The position numbers were made by a program, and so were the translations under genes. Shown here one piece after another: positions 36,195 through 46,178 of a stretch of 64,000 nucleotides of DNA. The DNA is from a candidate division FCPU426 bacterium (lineage in GTDB: Bacteria > Oederibacteriota > JAAXVQ01 > JAUVAV01): contig JBFLYH010000002.1 of assembly GCA_040756875.1 (NCBI GenBank), positions 126,526 through 190,525 on the forward strand, written 5' to 3'. How positions within the stretch are numbered: position 1 is the stretch's first letter; each line of letters starts with the position of its first letter. The notes under the pieces were generated by a model. It made no database searches, had not been told where the DNA came from, and worked only from the letters and a program-made list of their open reading frames with translations.

Positions 36195-36643
36195 AACCCG
36201 TCCGTCGTAACGAGCAGGGCCAGGCCGTGGTGGAACTGGCGCTGGTGGTCTTCCTGTTCGCGTTCTTTGCCACGGGCATCATCCAGCTGGTCTGGATCGG
36301 CATGGCGCAGTTGCGGTGCCAGACCGCGGCCCGCGAAGCCGCCAAGCTGGTCAACCTTTTCAATAATACCAACATGCGAGGTTTTTCCGATCACGTCCCT
36401 TATCTCCTGCCAGGCTGCCGCCTGGACACCTCGGCCCCGGGAAACAGCGACGACGAAGGCCGCGTGGTCACGGTCCGTTACACGGTCCAGCCCATCGGGT
36501 TCTTCCGCCTGCTGCGGCCCCAGGGGTTCGAGGTGTCGGCCAAGAGCGCGGTCATCGCCAAAATCCAAACGCCCAAAGCCGCGGAGCTTATCCGCCGGGG
36601 GTTTGACGCGCTTCAGGATTTAGTCAACGAATTGAAAAATTAA
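36191..36643 (+). CDS. TadE-family pseudopilin
   Basis: NEQG|QAVVELALV...AAREAAK; ATGA overlap with the upstream gene. Confidence 0.85.
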   Translation: MKPVRRNEQGQAVVELALVVFLFAFFATGIIQLVWIGMAQLRCQTAAREAAKLVNLFNNTNMRGFSDHVPYLLPGCRLDTSAPGNSDDEGRVVTVRYTVQPIGFFRLLRPQGFEVSAKSAVIAKIQTPKAAELIRRGFDALQDLVNELKN

Positions 36644-36824
36644 CAGGGTGCTGAAAAACCCATATATGTTCCTTTAGCACCCTGCACTGGCCCTCTTTGG
36701 CAAATAAGGCTAGCAGGGCCAGCACCTGACGGTTACCCCATGAAAAACCTCTGATTTTTCATGGGGTATTCCATGCGATGCAATCGAAAAAGACCGCTCT
36801 GCGGGATTTTTCATCAGCCTACTA
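36641..36824 (+). mobile_element. MITE family copy 1
   Basis: TAACAGGGTGCTGAAAAA...TTTTTCATCAGCCTACTA; homologous to 45884-46178 and 51114-51232. Confidence 0.8.
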
Positions 36825-36876
36825 AACGGCGGGAATGGCGTATCTGCCGCAGGTCTGCAACGCCGGCTGGCGGGTG

Positions 36877-37383
36877 CTACCTGTCGTGGTGCCGCTGTTT
36901 CATCCGCTGGCGCAGTTTCTGGCGCTCTTCCGGAGACAGATTGCGCCAGTGATGGTAGCGTTTCAGCCAGCGCTGGCGCTGCTCGGGGCTGAGCTGGCGG
37001 AAACGCTCATAGTTGTTGTGGATCCGTTCCCGGCGCTCGGGCGGGAGCTTTTCCCATTCCGCCCAGCGTGCGCGCAGGGCTTTGCGCTCCTCGGGCGTCA
37101 GTTGGGAGTAGCGGTGGAACGCGCCGCGGACCTGTTTCTGCCGGTCAGGCGGCAGGTTGCGGAAATGCTCCCAGCGCGCGCGCAACGCCTTGCGTTCCTC
37201 GGGCGAGAGTTTCTCCCAGGCGCGGTGGCGCTCCCTCAGGGTTTGCCGCTCGGCCGGAGTCAGCTTCTGCCACTGCTCCCGCTTCTGCTCCGCAGGCGCG
37301 GCGGTTTCGGTTTCGGCCCAAACCGCCGGACCGGCGGCAGCCGCACATGCCGTCAGGATGAGGATCATGCTCAGTCGGCGCAT
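36877..37383 (-). CDS. DUF3106-like secreted protein
   Basis: Signal peptide and repeated W/F-xxL-x-PEER units. Confidence 0.8.
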   Translation of the reverse strand: MRRLSMILILTACAAAAGPAVWAETETAAPAEQKREQWQKLTPAERQTLRERHRAWEKLSPEERKALRARWEHFRNLPPDRQKQVRGAFHRYSQLTPEERKALRARWAEWEKLPPERRERIHNNYERFRQLSPEQRQRWLKRYHHWRNLSPEERQKLRQRMKQRHHDR

Positions 37384-37384
37384 A

Positions 37385-37624
37385 TTATTTCGCCTCCTTT
37401 TCCAAAGCGGTCCATTGTTCCGGGGTCAGGGCTTCCAGCATTTCCAGGTTCTCCATGAATTCCATGTCCTCCAGCAGGGCCAGTTCCTGCAACAGTTCCG
37501 CTTCTTCGGCCACAGCCGCATCCTCGGGCGTCGCCACGGGCTGCGGGGCCTGGCCGGCAGCCTGGGCCGCCTGCGTCCAGGCGAAAATCCCGCCTAATGC
37601 CAGGGCCAGCCAGCGCGCGCTCAC
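37385..37624 (-). CDS. Small secreted acidic protein
   Basis: GTG start overlapping the anti-sigma stop (GTGA); signal peptide; LLEDMEFMENLEML. Confidence 0.65.
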   Translation of the reverse strand: MSARWLALALGGIFAWTQAAQAAGQAPQPVATPEDAAVAEEAELLQELALLEDMEFMENLEMLEALTPEQWTALEKEAK

Positions 37625-38103
37625 GACGGTTCCTTGGCCGAAGGATCCACGGACTCGATTTCTTCCCAGTGTTCGAACAAATCCAGATCTTCGAGCAAGT
37701 CCAGGTTTTCGTACAAGTCCAGGTCCTGGGCCAGGGCCACTTCGAACGCTTCCCGGCCGGGCCGCACCTCCGCGCGCCACGGCCACCACCACACCGCGGC
37801 CCCGACGGCCACGACCAAGCCGGCAGCCGCGCCCAGCCAGGCCGGCTGCGCGTACCACGCCCTCCGCCTGCCCAGCCGGGCCTGGGCTTCGCGCACGCGC
37901 GCGGCCAGGCGGGTTTCGAAACCGGGCGAGGCGGCCGGGACCTGCCAGGCGGACAGGGCGGCGTGCAGTTTGCGCACCTGTTCCAGTTCCTCGCGGCAGC
38001 CAATGCATCCCTCCAGATGGCGTTCGAACGGTTCGGCGTTTTCGGGCGCCAGACTGCCCTTAAGGTAGGCTTCCATGTGTTCGCGGCACTGATTGCAGTT
38101 CAT
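37621..38103 (-). CDS. zf-HC2 anti-sigma factor
   Basis: HLEGCIGC (HxxxCxxC), single TM helix. Confidence 0.88.
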   Translation of the reverse strand: MNCNQCREHMEAYLKGSLAPENAEPFERHLEGCIGCREELEQVRKLHAALSAWQVPAASPGFETRLAARVREAQARLGRRRAWYAQPAWLGAAAGLVVAVGAAVWWWPWRAEVRPGREAFEVALAQDLDLYENLDLLEDLDLFEHWEEIESVDPSAKEPS

Positions 38104-38124
38104 GGCACCCTCCTGATCTTCACG

Positions 38125-38718
38125 TTATTTCTGCACGTACGCGGCCAGGCTGATCCGCAGCTTGGCCCGCGCCCGAAACAACAGCGACTTGACCGCAGGA
38201 ATGCTCTTGCGCAGCACTTCCGCAATCCGTTCCAGGGGCTGGTCCTCCCAGTGGTCCAGGATCAGGGCCATGCGCTCGTCCGGGGGCAGGCGGTCCACGG
38301 CCCTCCGCACCATGAGCGATTGCTCCTCTTCCTCCAGCACCTGGGCCGCCGGCACGGCCGCCGGATCCGCCCATTGCCTGGCCGGCGCTTCAGGATCAGC
38401 CGATACCGGCGCCTCCAGGCTCTGCGCAGGATGCCGTTTGCGGTGGCGCAGGGCGTTGAGGCAAAGGCGGTTCGCGATCGTAAAGAGGTACGAGCTGAAC
38501 TTGGCGCTCGGCCGGTAGCGGTCCCGCGCCTGGACCAGCCGGATGAACGTCTCCTGGGCAATGTCCTCGGCTTCAGTCCGGTTTTGCAGGAACCGGTACG
38601 CCACGGCTCTCACCCGCTCCCGGTATTTATTCACGAGCGCGGTCAGGGCCGTTTCATCGCCGGCCTGCCAGCGCTCGACCCAATCGATGTCTTCGTCTCT
38701 CACGATGGGACCTCTCAT
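38125..38718 (-). CDS. ECF sigma-70 factor
   Basis: AEDIAQETFIR, FSSYLFTIANR, VKSLLFRARAKL. Confidence 0.92.
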   Translation of the reverse strand: MRGPIVRDEDIDWVERWQAGDETALTALVNKYRERVRAVAYRFLQNRTEAEDIAQETFIRLVQARDRYRPSAKFSSYLFTIANRLCLNALRHRKRHPAQSLEAPVSADPEAPARQWADPAAVPAAQVLEEEEQSLMVRRAVDRLPPDERMALILDHWEDQPLERIAEVLRKSIPAVKSLLFRARAKLRISLAAYVQK

Positions 38719-40013
38719 GGCTTATAACCCCGCGGCCGCGGCTTGGTTGCGGACAATTCTCCGTCCTGGCTCAGGTTCAGGCTCCCGGGCCGCAATACTT
38801 TCAACCCCCTGGCCGCCACTTTGACCACAGCCGAAGGCTTGGAAGCCAGAGGCTGGTCCGAAGCCACCAGGCAATCCGCGAAAACCCTTATTTGGCCGGA
38901 CACTTTCCGGAGCGCTGCCGGCGCGGGCTGTCCGGCGGGGTTGGCCGAGGTCACAGCCAGGGCGCCGCCGCAGCGCCGGATGATGTCCCGGGCCAGGCCA
39001 TGGTCCGGAACCCGCAAGGCCACCGTGCGGCTGCCGCGCAAAAGTCGCCCCCAGGGAGTGCCGGGTTTCACCGGCAGCACCAGGGTCAATGGGCCTGGCC
39101 AGTGCCGCCGGATCAGGTCCGGCGCCTGGCCAATCAGGCGGGCGTAGCGCGAAGCCTGCGCAGGCGAAGCAAGCAGCAGGACCAGCGGATTGCCTTCGGG
39201 CCGGCCTTTGGCGCGGTACAGCAGGCTGATGCCCGCTGCATCCGGCCGGGCGGCCAAGCCGTACACTGTGTCCGTGGGAATGACCGCGAGCCGTCCCTTG
39301 CGCAGGCTCGCAACCGCGGCCGCCGCGGCCAGGCGTTTCTGGACCGGCGTGCGCGTGCGCAGCCAGGTTCCGGTCGCCGGTTGCAGCAGCCCGGGCAAAC
39401 GGTACAGATCAGACGGCCGCCCCACCAGCAGGGTGTGCATGCCCGCTTCAGCCGCGGGCGCCAGGTCCAATTCGAAGCGGTCGCCCACGGACAGGCATTC
39501 CCCGGGCGCCACGCCCAGCCGTTCCGCGCACAGCCGGTACAGCCTGGCCGAGGGCTTGAACAGGCGGGTGTCGGACAAGGCCAGCAGGTCGTCGAAGCAG
39601 TCCGCCACGCCCAGAGCCTTGAGCGTGGCAACCAGGTTGGAGCGGTGGTTGTTGGTGACCACGGCCAGCCGGAAATGCGTACGCAATTCAAGCAGGACGC
39701 GGCGCAGCCGGCGGTCGGGTTTCACGTACGCATGAGGGTTCACCCATCGGGCCGCGAGCTTGGCCCAGCGCTTATCCGAAACGCCGATCTGCGTGAGGGT
39801 GAAAAGTTTGGAAGGGGTGCGCCCCAAGCGGGCGCGGAGGCGCTGGGTGGCGGCCGTGAAACGGCGTAGGGCCTCGGCCCGGGTCACGCCCAGGACCTGG
39901 GCCGCGACCCGTTCGATGGATTCGTTGTACGCCCGGTCCAACCGGGCGTTGGTGTAAAGCGTGCCGTCCATGTCGAAAACGACGGCGCGCAGCGGCGGAA
40001 AATGCGGCGGCAT
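38715..40013 (-). CDS. HAD-hydrolase / TsaC(YrdC/Sua5) fusion
   Basis: N-terminal FDMDGTL...KP...VGD HAD motifs; C-terminal PTDTVYGL, KGRP, WPGPLT, TSAN. Confidence 0.85.
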   Translation of the reverse strand: MPPHFPPLRAVVFDMDGTLYTNARLDRAYNESIERVAAQVLGVTRAEALRRFTAATQRLRARLGRTPSKLFTLTQIGVSDKRWAKLAARWVNPHAYVKPDRRLRRVLLELRTHFRLAVVTNNHRSNLVATLKALGVADCFDDLLALSDTRLFKPSARLYRLCAERLGVAPGECLSVGDRFELDLAPAAEAGMHTLLVGRPSDLYRLPGLLQPATGTWLRTRTPVQKRLAAAAAVASLRKGRLAVIPTDTVYGLAARPDAAGISLLYRAKGRPEGNPLVLLLASPAQASRYARLIGQAPDLIRRHWPGPLTLVLPVKPGTPWGRLLRGSRTVALRVPDHGLARDIIRRCGGALAVTSANPAGQPAPAALRKVSGQIRVFADCLVASDQPLASKPSAVVKVAARGLKVLRPGSLNLSQDGELSATKPRPRGYKP

Positions 40014-40025
40014 GCTGAAGCCGGG

Positions 40026-40553
40026 TTACATGGTCTCGATGTACTTGTCCAGGCCCAGTTGGGACAATTTGGCGGCTTTTTTCTCCACGCCCTGCAGCAG
40101 TTCGCCCCGGAACTTTTTCAGCGCGTCGGCGATGGGCCCGTACTTGCGCGCCAGGATCTGGGCGGCGAACAGCGCGGCGTTGGTGGCGCCGCCCTTGCCC
40201 ACGGCCATGGCCGCCACGGGCACGCCCGAGGGCATCTGCACGATGGACAGCAGCGAATCCTCGCCGTTGAAGTACAGGGTGGGCATGGGGATGCCGATGA
40301 CCGGGAGCAGGGTCTCACCCGCGATCACGCCGGGCAAGTGGGCCGCGCCGCCGGCGCCGGCGATGATCACCTCGGCCCCGCGCTTTTCGAGCGATTGCAC
40401 CCACTCCCGCACCCTGGCGGGCGAGCGGTGCGCCGAGGCGATGGTCAGGTCATAGCCGATCCCAAGGTATTCGAGCATCTTCACGGTTTCCTGCAACACC
40501 GGCAGGTCCGAGTCGCTTCCCACCACGATTCCCACCAACGCTTTGTCCTGCAT
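40026..40553 (-). CDS. purE: N5-CAIR mutase
   Basis: [32 protein letters not shown]. Confidence 0.96.
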   Translation of the reverse strand: MQDKALVGIVVGSDSDLPVLQETVKMLEYLGIGYDLTIASAHRSPARVREWVQSLEKRGAEVIIAGAGGAAHLPGVIAGETLLPVIGIPMPTLYFNGEDSLLSIVQMPSGVPVAAMAVGKGGATNAALFAAQILARKYGPIADALKKFRGELLQGVEKKAAKLSQLGLDKYIETM

Positions 40554-40582
40554 GTCCGTCCCTCCTTGAGTCATTCTGAAAA

Positions 40583-41872
40583 TCAGCGTGCGGCCTGCGC
40601 GCCCGCAACCAGGGCCCGCTGCGCGATGTCCCGCCGGTAGTGCATGCCTTTGAACTGGATGCGGTTCGCGGCCTGGTAGGCCCGGTTCACGGCCTGGGCC
40701 AGGGTCTCGGCCCGCGCCACCACGTTCAACACCCGGCCGCCCTGCGTGACCCAGCGGCCGTCCTGCCAGTCCGTGCCCGCGTGCCACACCGTGATCTCCG
40801 GGATCAGCTCCGCCTCGGTCAGCCCGGTGATGGCCAGGCCCTTGGGATAGGACGCCGGGTACCCGGGCGCGGCCAACACCACGCACACCGCGGCGCCGGG
40901 TTTCCACTCCACGGTCCGCCCGGCCAGCTGGCCTTTCACGCAGGCCAGGGCCAGGTCCGACAGGTCCGAGGCCAGAAGCGGCAGCACGGCCTGGGTTTCA
41001 GGGTCGCCGAAGCGGCAGTTGAACTCAATGACCTTGGGCCCGTCCGAAGTCAGCATCAGGCCCGCATACAGGACGCCGTGGTAGGGCGTGCCTTCCTTGG
41101 CCATGCCCGCCATCACGGGGTCCAGGATTTCCTGCTGCACGCGCCGCATGATCTCCGGCGTGACCGCGGGCGCGGGCGCGTAGGCGCCCATGCCGCCGGT
41201 GTTCGGGCCTTCGTCGTTGTCGAACACGCGCTTATGGTCCTGCGCCGGCAGGAGCGGCGCGGCCGTGCGGCCGTCGCACAGGGCCAGCACGCTGGCTTCC
41301 TCGCCGGCCAGGCATTCCTCGATGACCACCCGGTCGCCCGCAGGGCCGAACACGCGCGCCTCGAAAATCTGGCGCAGCGCGGCTTCAGCCTCGGCCCGGG
41401 TCGGGGCCACGGTCACGCCCTTGCCGGCTGCCAGGCCGTCGGCTTTCACCACCACGGGCAGGCCGAAGGCCTCCAGGGCCTGGAACCCTTCCTCCAGGCT
41501 GGCGACGGTCCGGGACGCGGCCGTGGGGATGCGGTATTTTTCCATGAACTGCTTGGCGAAGTGCTTGCTGCCTTCCAGGCGGGCGCAGGCGGCCGTGGGA
41601 CCGAAGGCCGGGATGCCGGCGGCTTGCAGGCGGTCCACCACGCCCAGGGTCAGCGGCAGTTCCGGGCCGACCAGCACCAGGTCAGGCTGTTCCTGCCGCG
41701 CCAGCGCCGCCAGCCCGTCCACGTCGTCCGCAGCCACGGGCAGGCAGCGGGCTTCGCGGGCCATGCCCGCGCTGCCGGGCGCGGCCAGCACCTCGTTGAC
41801 CTGCGCGGAGCGCCGCAGGGCCCACACCATGGCGTGCTCCCGGCCGCCACTGCCGATCACCATGACTTTCAT
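40583..41872 (-). CDS. purD: Phosphoribosylamine-glycine ligase
   Basis: GSGGREHA, KADGLAAGKGV, GPNTGGMGAY, EFNCRFGDPE. Confidence 0.97.
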   Translation of the reverse strand: MKVMVIGSGGREHAMVWALRRSAQVNEVLAAPGSAGMAREARCLPVAADDVDGLAALARQEQPDLVLVGPELPLTLGVVDRLQAAGIPAFGPTAACARLEGSKHFAKQFMEKYRIPTAASRTVASLEEGFQALEAFGLPVVVKADGLAAGKGVTVAPTRAEAEAALRQIFEARVFGPAGDRVVIEECLAGEEASVLALCDGRTAAPLLPAQDHKRVFDNDEGPNTGGMGAYAPAPAVTPEIMRRVQQEILDPVMAGMAKEGTPYHGVLYAGLMLTSDGPKVIEFNCRFGDPETQAVLPLLASDLSDLALACVKGQLAGRTVEWKPGAAVCVVLAAPGYPASYPKGLAITGLTEAELIPEITVWHAGTDWQDGRWVTQGGRVLNVVARAETLAQAVNRAYQAANRIQFKGMHYRRDIAQRALVAGAQAAR

Positions 41873-42219
41873 GAAACCGCCTCCTGGGACTCCCGCCAGA
41901 CGATGTACTCCCGAATCAGCAACTGCGCGGGTTCGGGCAGGTCCAAAAATTCCAAAGCCACGACGCGCCGCGAACGCTGGGACAGCCGCCGGACCACGCG
42001 GGCCCGCGCGTTCTCCACTTGATGGCCGTCAAGCAGCTGGAAGCTCAGGCGCAGTTCCTGGTTGACCTGAAGCGGCACCGAACATTCCAGGCGGCAGCCC
42101 GAAGCGGACAGCTCCCGGATCACGCCCGTGGCGGACTCCACCGGCTCGCCGGGCAGCTCGAAGCGGTGCACGCGCAGGTCGGCCAGGATGCGGTACTCTA
42201 TCCGCCGGTTTTGGGACAT
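41869..42219 (-). CDS. PilZ domain protein inside the pur operon
   Basis: RIEYR and ELSASG; stop overlaps the purD start. Confidence 0.75.
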   Translation of the reverse strand: MSQNRRIEYRILADLRVHRFELPGEPVESATGVIRELSASGCRLECSVPLQVNQELRLSFQLLDGHQVENARARVVRRLSQRSRRVVALEFLDLPEPAQLLIREYIVWRESQEAVS

Positions 42220-42238
42220 ACGTCGGCTCCTTGGGCGC

Positions 42239-43822
42239 TCAGTGCTTGAAGTGGCGCATGCCGGTGAATACCATGGCCAGGCCGTGTTCGTCGGCCGCGG
42301 CGATGACTTCTTCGTCCCTGACCGACCCGCCGGGCTGGATTACGGCCGTAACCCCCGCCTTGGCCAGCAGGTCCACGCCGTCACGGAACGGGAAGTAGGC
42401 GTCCGAGGCCACGGCCGCGCCCTTGGCCCGTTCCCCGGCCTGGCGCACCGCGATTTCCGCCGCGCCCACGCGGTTGGTCTGGCCCGGGCCCACGCCCACC
42501 GTGGCGCCGTTCCGGACCAGCACGATGGCGTTGGACTTGACGTGCTTGCACACCTGCCAGCCGAACAACAGGTCCTGCATTTGCTCGGGCGTGGGTTTCC
42601 GCTTGGTGACCACTTTGAGGTCCTCGGGTTTTACCCGGCCGCGGTCGCGTTCCTGGAGCAGCACGCCTCCGGAAACGCGCTTGATGTCCATGGAGAGCCA
42701 GGCCGGACCCGTTTCACCGGACGCCGGAGCGAGCGCGCCGATTTCGAGCAGGCGCAGGTTCTTCTTGGCCGCCAGCAGCTTCAGGGCCTCGGGCTCATAC
42801 CCCGGCGCAATGACGCATTCCAGGAAAATATCCTTCATGAGTTCAGCCACGGCCACGGAGAGCGGCCGGTTGAGGCCCACGATGCCGCCGTAAGCCGAAA
42901 GCGGGTCCGCCTGGTAGGCCTTGCGGTAGGCGTCCGCGATGTCCGCGCCCACGGCCAGGCCGCAGGGGTTGGTGTGTTTGATGATGCAGACCGCGGGCTC
43001 GGCGAACTCCTTCACCGGCTCGAGGGCCGCGTGCAGGTCCAGCAGGTTGTTGAAGGAGAGTTCCTTGCCCTGCAGTTGTTTGGCCGAGGAGAGCGTGGCT
43101 TCGGCGCCAGGGCCGGCTTGGCGGTACCAGGCGGCCTGCTGGTGCGGGTTCTCGCCGTACCGCAGGGCCTGCTGCCGCTGGAAAGTGAAGCGGATGGTTT
43201 CCGGGAAAGGCGTCTCGCCGCCGCCGAGCTTCTCCAGCAGGTAGCGGTGGATGCCTGCGTCGTATTCCGCGGTGTGGTCGAACGCCTCCACGGCCAGCTG
43301 CTTCAGGGTCTCGTCGCCCACCTGCCCCTGGGCCTTGTCCATTTCCGCGAGCAGGGCGGCGTACCGGGCCGGATTCACCACCACGGCCACGCTGCGGTAA
43401 TTTTTGGACGCGGACCGGATCATGGACGGCCCGCCGATGTCGATGTTCTCGATGGCTTCTTCCAGGTGCACGCCGGGCTTGGCCACGGTGCGGGCGAAGG
43501 GATACAGGTTCACGACCACCATGTCGATGGGCTCGATGTGCTGCTCTTTCAGCTGGCGCATATGGTCCGGGTTGTCGCGCAGGGCCAGCAGGCCGCCGTG
43601 GATCTTGGGATGCAGGGTCTTCACCCGGCCGTCCATCATTTCCGGGAAACCCGTGACCTCGGACACGTCCTTGACCTTGACGCCGGCTTCCTTCAGCGCC
43701 TTGGCCGTGCCGCCGGTGGACAGGATTTCCACGCCGTGCCTGACCAGGCCCTGTCCCAGCTCCACGATTCCGGTCTTGTCCGACACACTGATCAACGCCC
43801 GCTTGATTTTCACCATGCCCAC
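42239..43822 (-). CDS. purH: Bifunctional AICAR transformylase/IMP cyclohydrolase
   Basis: [32 protein letters not shown]. Confidence 0.97.
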   Translation of the reverse strand: MGMVKIKRALISVSDKTGIVELGQGLVRHGVEILSTGGTAKALKEAGVKVKDVSEVTGFPEMMDGRVKTLHPKIHGGLLALRDNPDHMRQLKEQHIEPIDMVVVNLYPFARTVAKPGVHLEEAIENIDIGGPSMIRSASKNYRSVAVVVNPARYAALLAEMDKAQGQVGDETLKQLAVEAFDHTAEYDAGIHRYLLEKLGGGETPFPETIRFTFQRQQALRYGENPHQQAAWYRQAGPGAEATLSSAKQLQGKELSFNNLLDLHAALEPVKEFAEPAVCIIKHTNPCGLAVGADIADAYRKAYQADPLSAYGGIVGLNRPLSVAVAELMKDIFLECVIAPGYEPEALKLLAAKKNLRLLEIGALAPASGETGPAWLSMDIKRVSGGVLLQERDRGRVKPEDLKVVTKRKPTPEQMQDLLFGWQVCKHVKSNAIVLVRNGATVGVGPGQTNRVGAAEIAVRQAGERAKGAAVASDAYFPFRDGVDLLAKAGVTAVIQPGGSVRDEEVIAAADEHGLAMVFTGMRHFKH

Positions 43823-43839
43823 TGCTCCTTTGAGGGTTT

Positions 43840-44472
43840 CTATGCCTTTTCCAGCACGCGCACGCGGCGGCCGGCCACGTCCAGGCGGTGTTCGCAGTAC
43901 AGCGCCACGGCCCGCGGATACAGGCGGTGCTCCTCGATCAGCACCCGCTCCGCCAGTTTGTCCGGAGTGTCGTGATCCAGCACCGGCACCACGGCCTGCA
44001 GAATGATCGGGCCGGTGTCCGTGCCTTCGTCCACGAAGTGCACGGTGCAGCCCGAAAACTTGGCGCCCGACCCCAGCACCGCCTCGTGCACGCGGTGCCC
44101 GTACATGCCCTCGCCGCCGAAAGCCGGCAGCAGGGCCGGATGGATGTTGATGATCTGCATGGGAAACTGCCGGACGAATTCCGGCGTAAGAATGCGCAGG
44201 TAACCGGCCAGGCAGACCAGGTTCACGCCCTGGCTGCGGAGCCGTCCGGCCAGCTCCAGGTCATACGCCACGCGGTTCGGATACGCGGCCGGATCCAGGA
44301 CCAGATCCGCGACCCCGGCGGCGCGGGCGCGCTGCAAGGCGCCGGCGTCGGCTTTGTTGCTCGCCACCAGGCGGATGTCCGCCTGCCCGAACTGGCCGGA
44401 CCGCCAGGCATCCAGCAACGCCTGGCAGTTGGTGCCTCCGCCCGAAGCCAAAATCGCAATGCGCGTGGTCAT
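43840..44472 (-). CDS. purN: Phosphoribosylglycinamide formyltransferase
   Basis: ASGGGTN, NIHPALLP, DTGPII. Confidence 0.96.
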   Translation of the reverse strand: MTTRIAILASGGGTNCQALLDAWRSGQFGQADIRLVASNKADAGALQRARAAGVADLVLDPAAYPNRVAYDLELAGRLRSQGVNLVCLAGYLRILTPEFVRQFPMQIINIHPALLPAFGGEGMYGHRVHEAVLGSGAKFSGCTVHFVDEGTDTGPIILQAVVPVLDHDTPDKLAERVLIEEHRLYPRAVALYCEHRLDVAGRRVRVLEKA

Positions 44473-44513
44473 GCAGCTCCCCCTGGTCCGCCCTGCGGAC
44501 TCGGAAAGGTTTA

Positions 44514-44542
44514 ATAATCTCCGTATTTTTTTTGCCTGTCAA
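44514..44542 (-). promoter_or_regulatory. Putative sigma70 promoter of the pur operon (TTGACA-N17-GATTAT)
   Basis: Perfect -35, 17-nt spacer, 4/6 match at -10. Confidence 0.5.
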
Positions 44543-45028
44543 GCGTAAAGAACCGCGCCCGAGGACTCCGGATTCAAGAAAACTCCGCATTGGTACGAAG
44601 TATAGGGCAGCGGGTGCTCATTGCATTCCCTTCCTCCGTCCAATCTATGGAATCCGCTACTCATAAGCCTTTTACATATGGGGATTTGCTTCTACAGGCG
44701 CGCACCAGGACATTCTGGATAAGTTTGGGAAGGTTTTATGGAAGAAAATTCCCAGCCTCAACCCGGCAAAACGTCGGACGCACCCGGCTGCAAACGCGGA
44801 TTACATTTGTCATTTCCGGGTTTTATCGTCGCCAGCCTCGCCGCTTTCGCTGTTGGTACGGCTTATGCATTCCTTTCTTGACTGCCAAGCCAACCACGAC
44901 ATTGACCTTGACCAATTGAGGGCGGGGCTGCCGCGAGAACCTACTCCACCCCCCGGCATGGGTTCTTCTTCCGGAGCTTTCCGGAAGCGGCTCCGCCCTC
45001 AATGCCTTGACCAGGCAAGGAGGCCCCC

Positions 45029-45220
45029 ATGGATATGAAATCGCTAGGCAAGCTGTGGCTTGCAGGCTGGACGCTGTTCTTTCTCGGCAGCCTGCTGCTC
45101 GGATGCAGTACGCGCTGGTCGCCCACCGACCCGCGCCTGGACACGGCCGATCCATCGCAGGCCGTGGTTTTGGAACGCTGGGAGATTGGCGTGAGCACTG
45201 AAATCAATCCCACGCCCTGA
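45029..45220 (+). CDS. Small putative lipoprotein
   Basis: AGGAGG RBS; signal peptide ending LLLGC. Confidence 0.55.
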   Translation: MDMKSLGKLWLAGWTLFFLGSLLLGCSTRWSPTDPRLDTADPSQAVVLERWEIGVSTEINPTP

Positions 45221-45409
45221 TCCCGGTCGGCCGGGAGTGCCCCCTCCGCCGCAATCCGCGGAGTTTCGCCCCCAACCTCCGGGACCGTCTCCCCCTCTTC
45301 CTTCCGTCTCCTCCATCTCCCTGGTCCCGGAGGGGTTTTCTTCCACCGGCTCACGCAAAGCACGGGCACGAAGATGCCCTGTCAGTATTCCGACAAGGAG
45401 GTCGGCGTT

Positions 45410-45886
45410 ATGTTTGGAACCGCGAACACCGTACCTGACGAGAAAGACGTTCTGGCCGCCAGGAGGGCCAAAAAGATCCTGGTAGTGGACGACGAGGACG
45501 CCGTGGTGCGCCTCATCCAGCTGCAGCTGAAATTCGAAGGGTACCAGGTCATTACGGCCTACGACGGGCTGGAAGCGCTGGAAAAAGTGGCGACGGAAAA
45601 ACCGGACCTGGTGGTGCTGGACATCATGATGCCCAAGGTGGACGGGTGGGTGGTGTGCCACAGCATCAAAAGCCACATGGAGACCAAGAACACCCGGGTC
45701 ATCATTCTCAGCGCCAAGACCCAGATCATGGCCAAGATCAAGGGGCTCTACATCTACCAGGCCGAATTGTACATGACCAAGCCCTTTGACCTGGACGAAC
45801 TGTCGTCGAACATCTCCAAGCTGCTCAGCATCGACGAAGAGGCCCGCGACCTGTCCAACAAGTCGCAGCAGCCCGCCGTGGCTTAA
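45410..45886 (+). CDS. Single-domain response regulator
   Basis: ILVVDDE, LDIMMP, TKPF; AAGGAGG RBS. Confidence 0.9.
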   Translation: MFGTANTVPDEKDVLAARRAKKILVVDDEDAVVRLIQLQLKFEGYQVITAYDGLEALEKVATEKPDLVVLDIMMPKVDGWVVCHSIKSHMETKNTRVIILSAKTQIMAKIKGLYIYQAELYMTKPFDLDELSSNISKLLSIDEEARDLSNKSQQPAVA

Positions 45887-46178
45887 TAGGCTGATGAAAA
45901 AGCCCGCAGAGCGGTCTTTTCGATTGCGTTGCATGGAGCCCTCCGGGCACCAACTTCGCCCCTTGTTACACACTCTTGGCGACATCCCCGAAGCAACTAT
46001 TCCGCATTCACCCCCGAGCAAGCTTGGGGTGCCCTGCGGAGGGGATGGAATACCCCATGAAAAATCAGAGATTTTTCTTGGGGTAACCGTCAGGTGCTGG
46101 CCCGACCAGCCTTATCTATCATAAAGGGCCGGTACAGGGTGCTAGCGGAACATATATGAGTTTTTCAGCACCCTGCTA
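45884..46178 (-). mobile_element. MITE family copy 2 (inverted, with a nested insertion)
   Basis: TAATAGGCTGATGAAAAA...TTTTTCAGCACCCTGCTA; reverse complement of copy 1 plus about 110 extra bp. Confidence 0.8.

Noticed and set aside
44473-45028. Possible ZTP or purine riboswitch upstream of purN
   Set aside because: No recognisable consensus, and the putative promoter leaves too short a leader.
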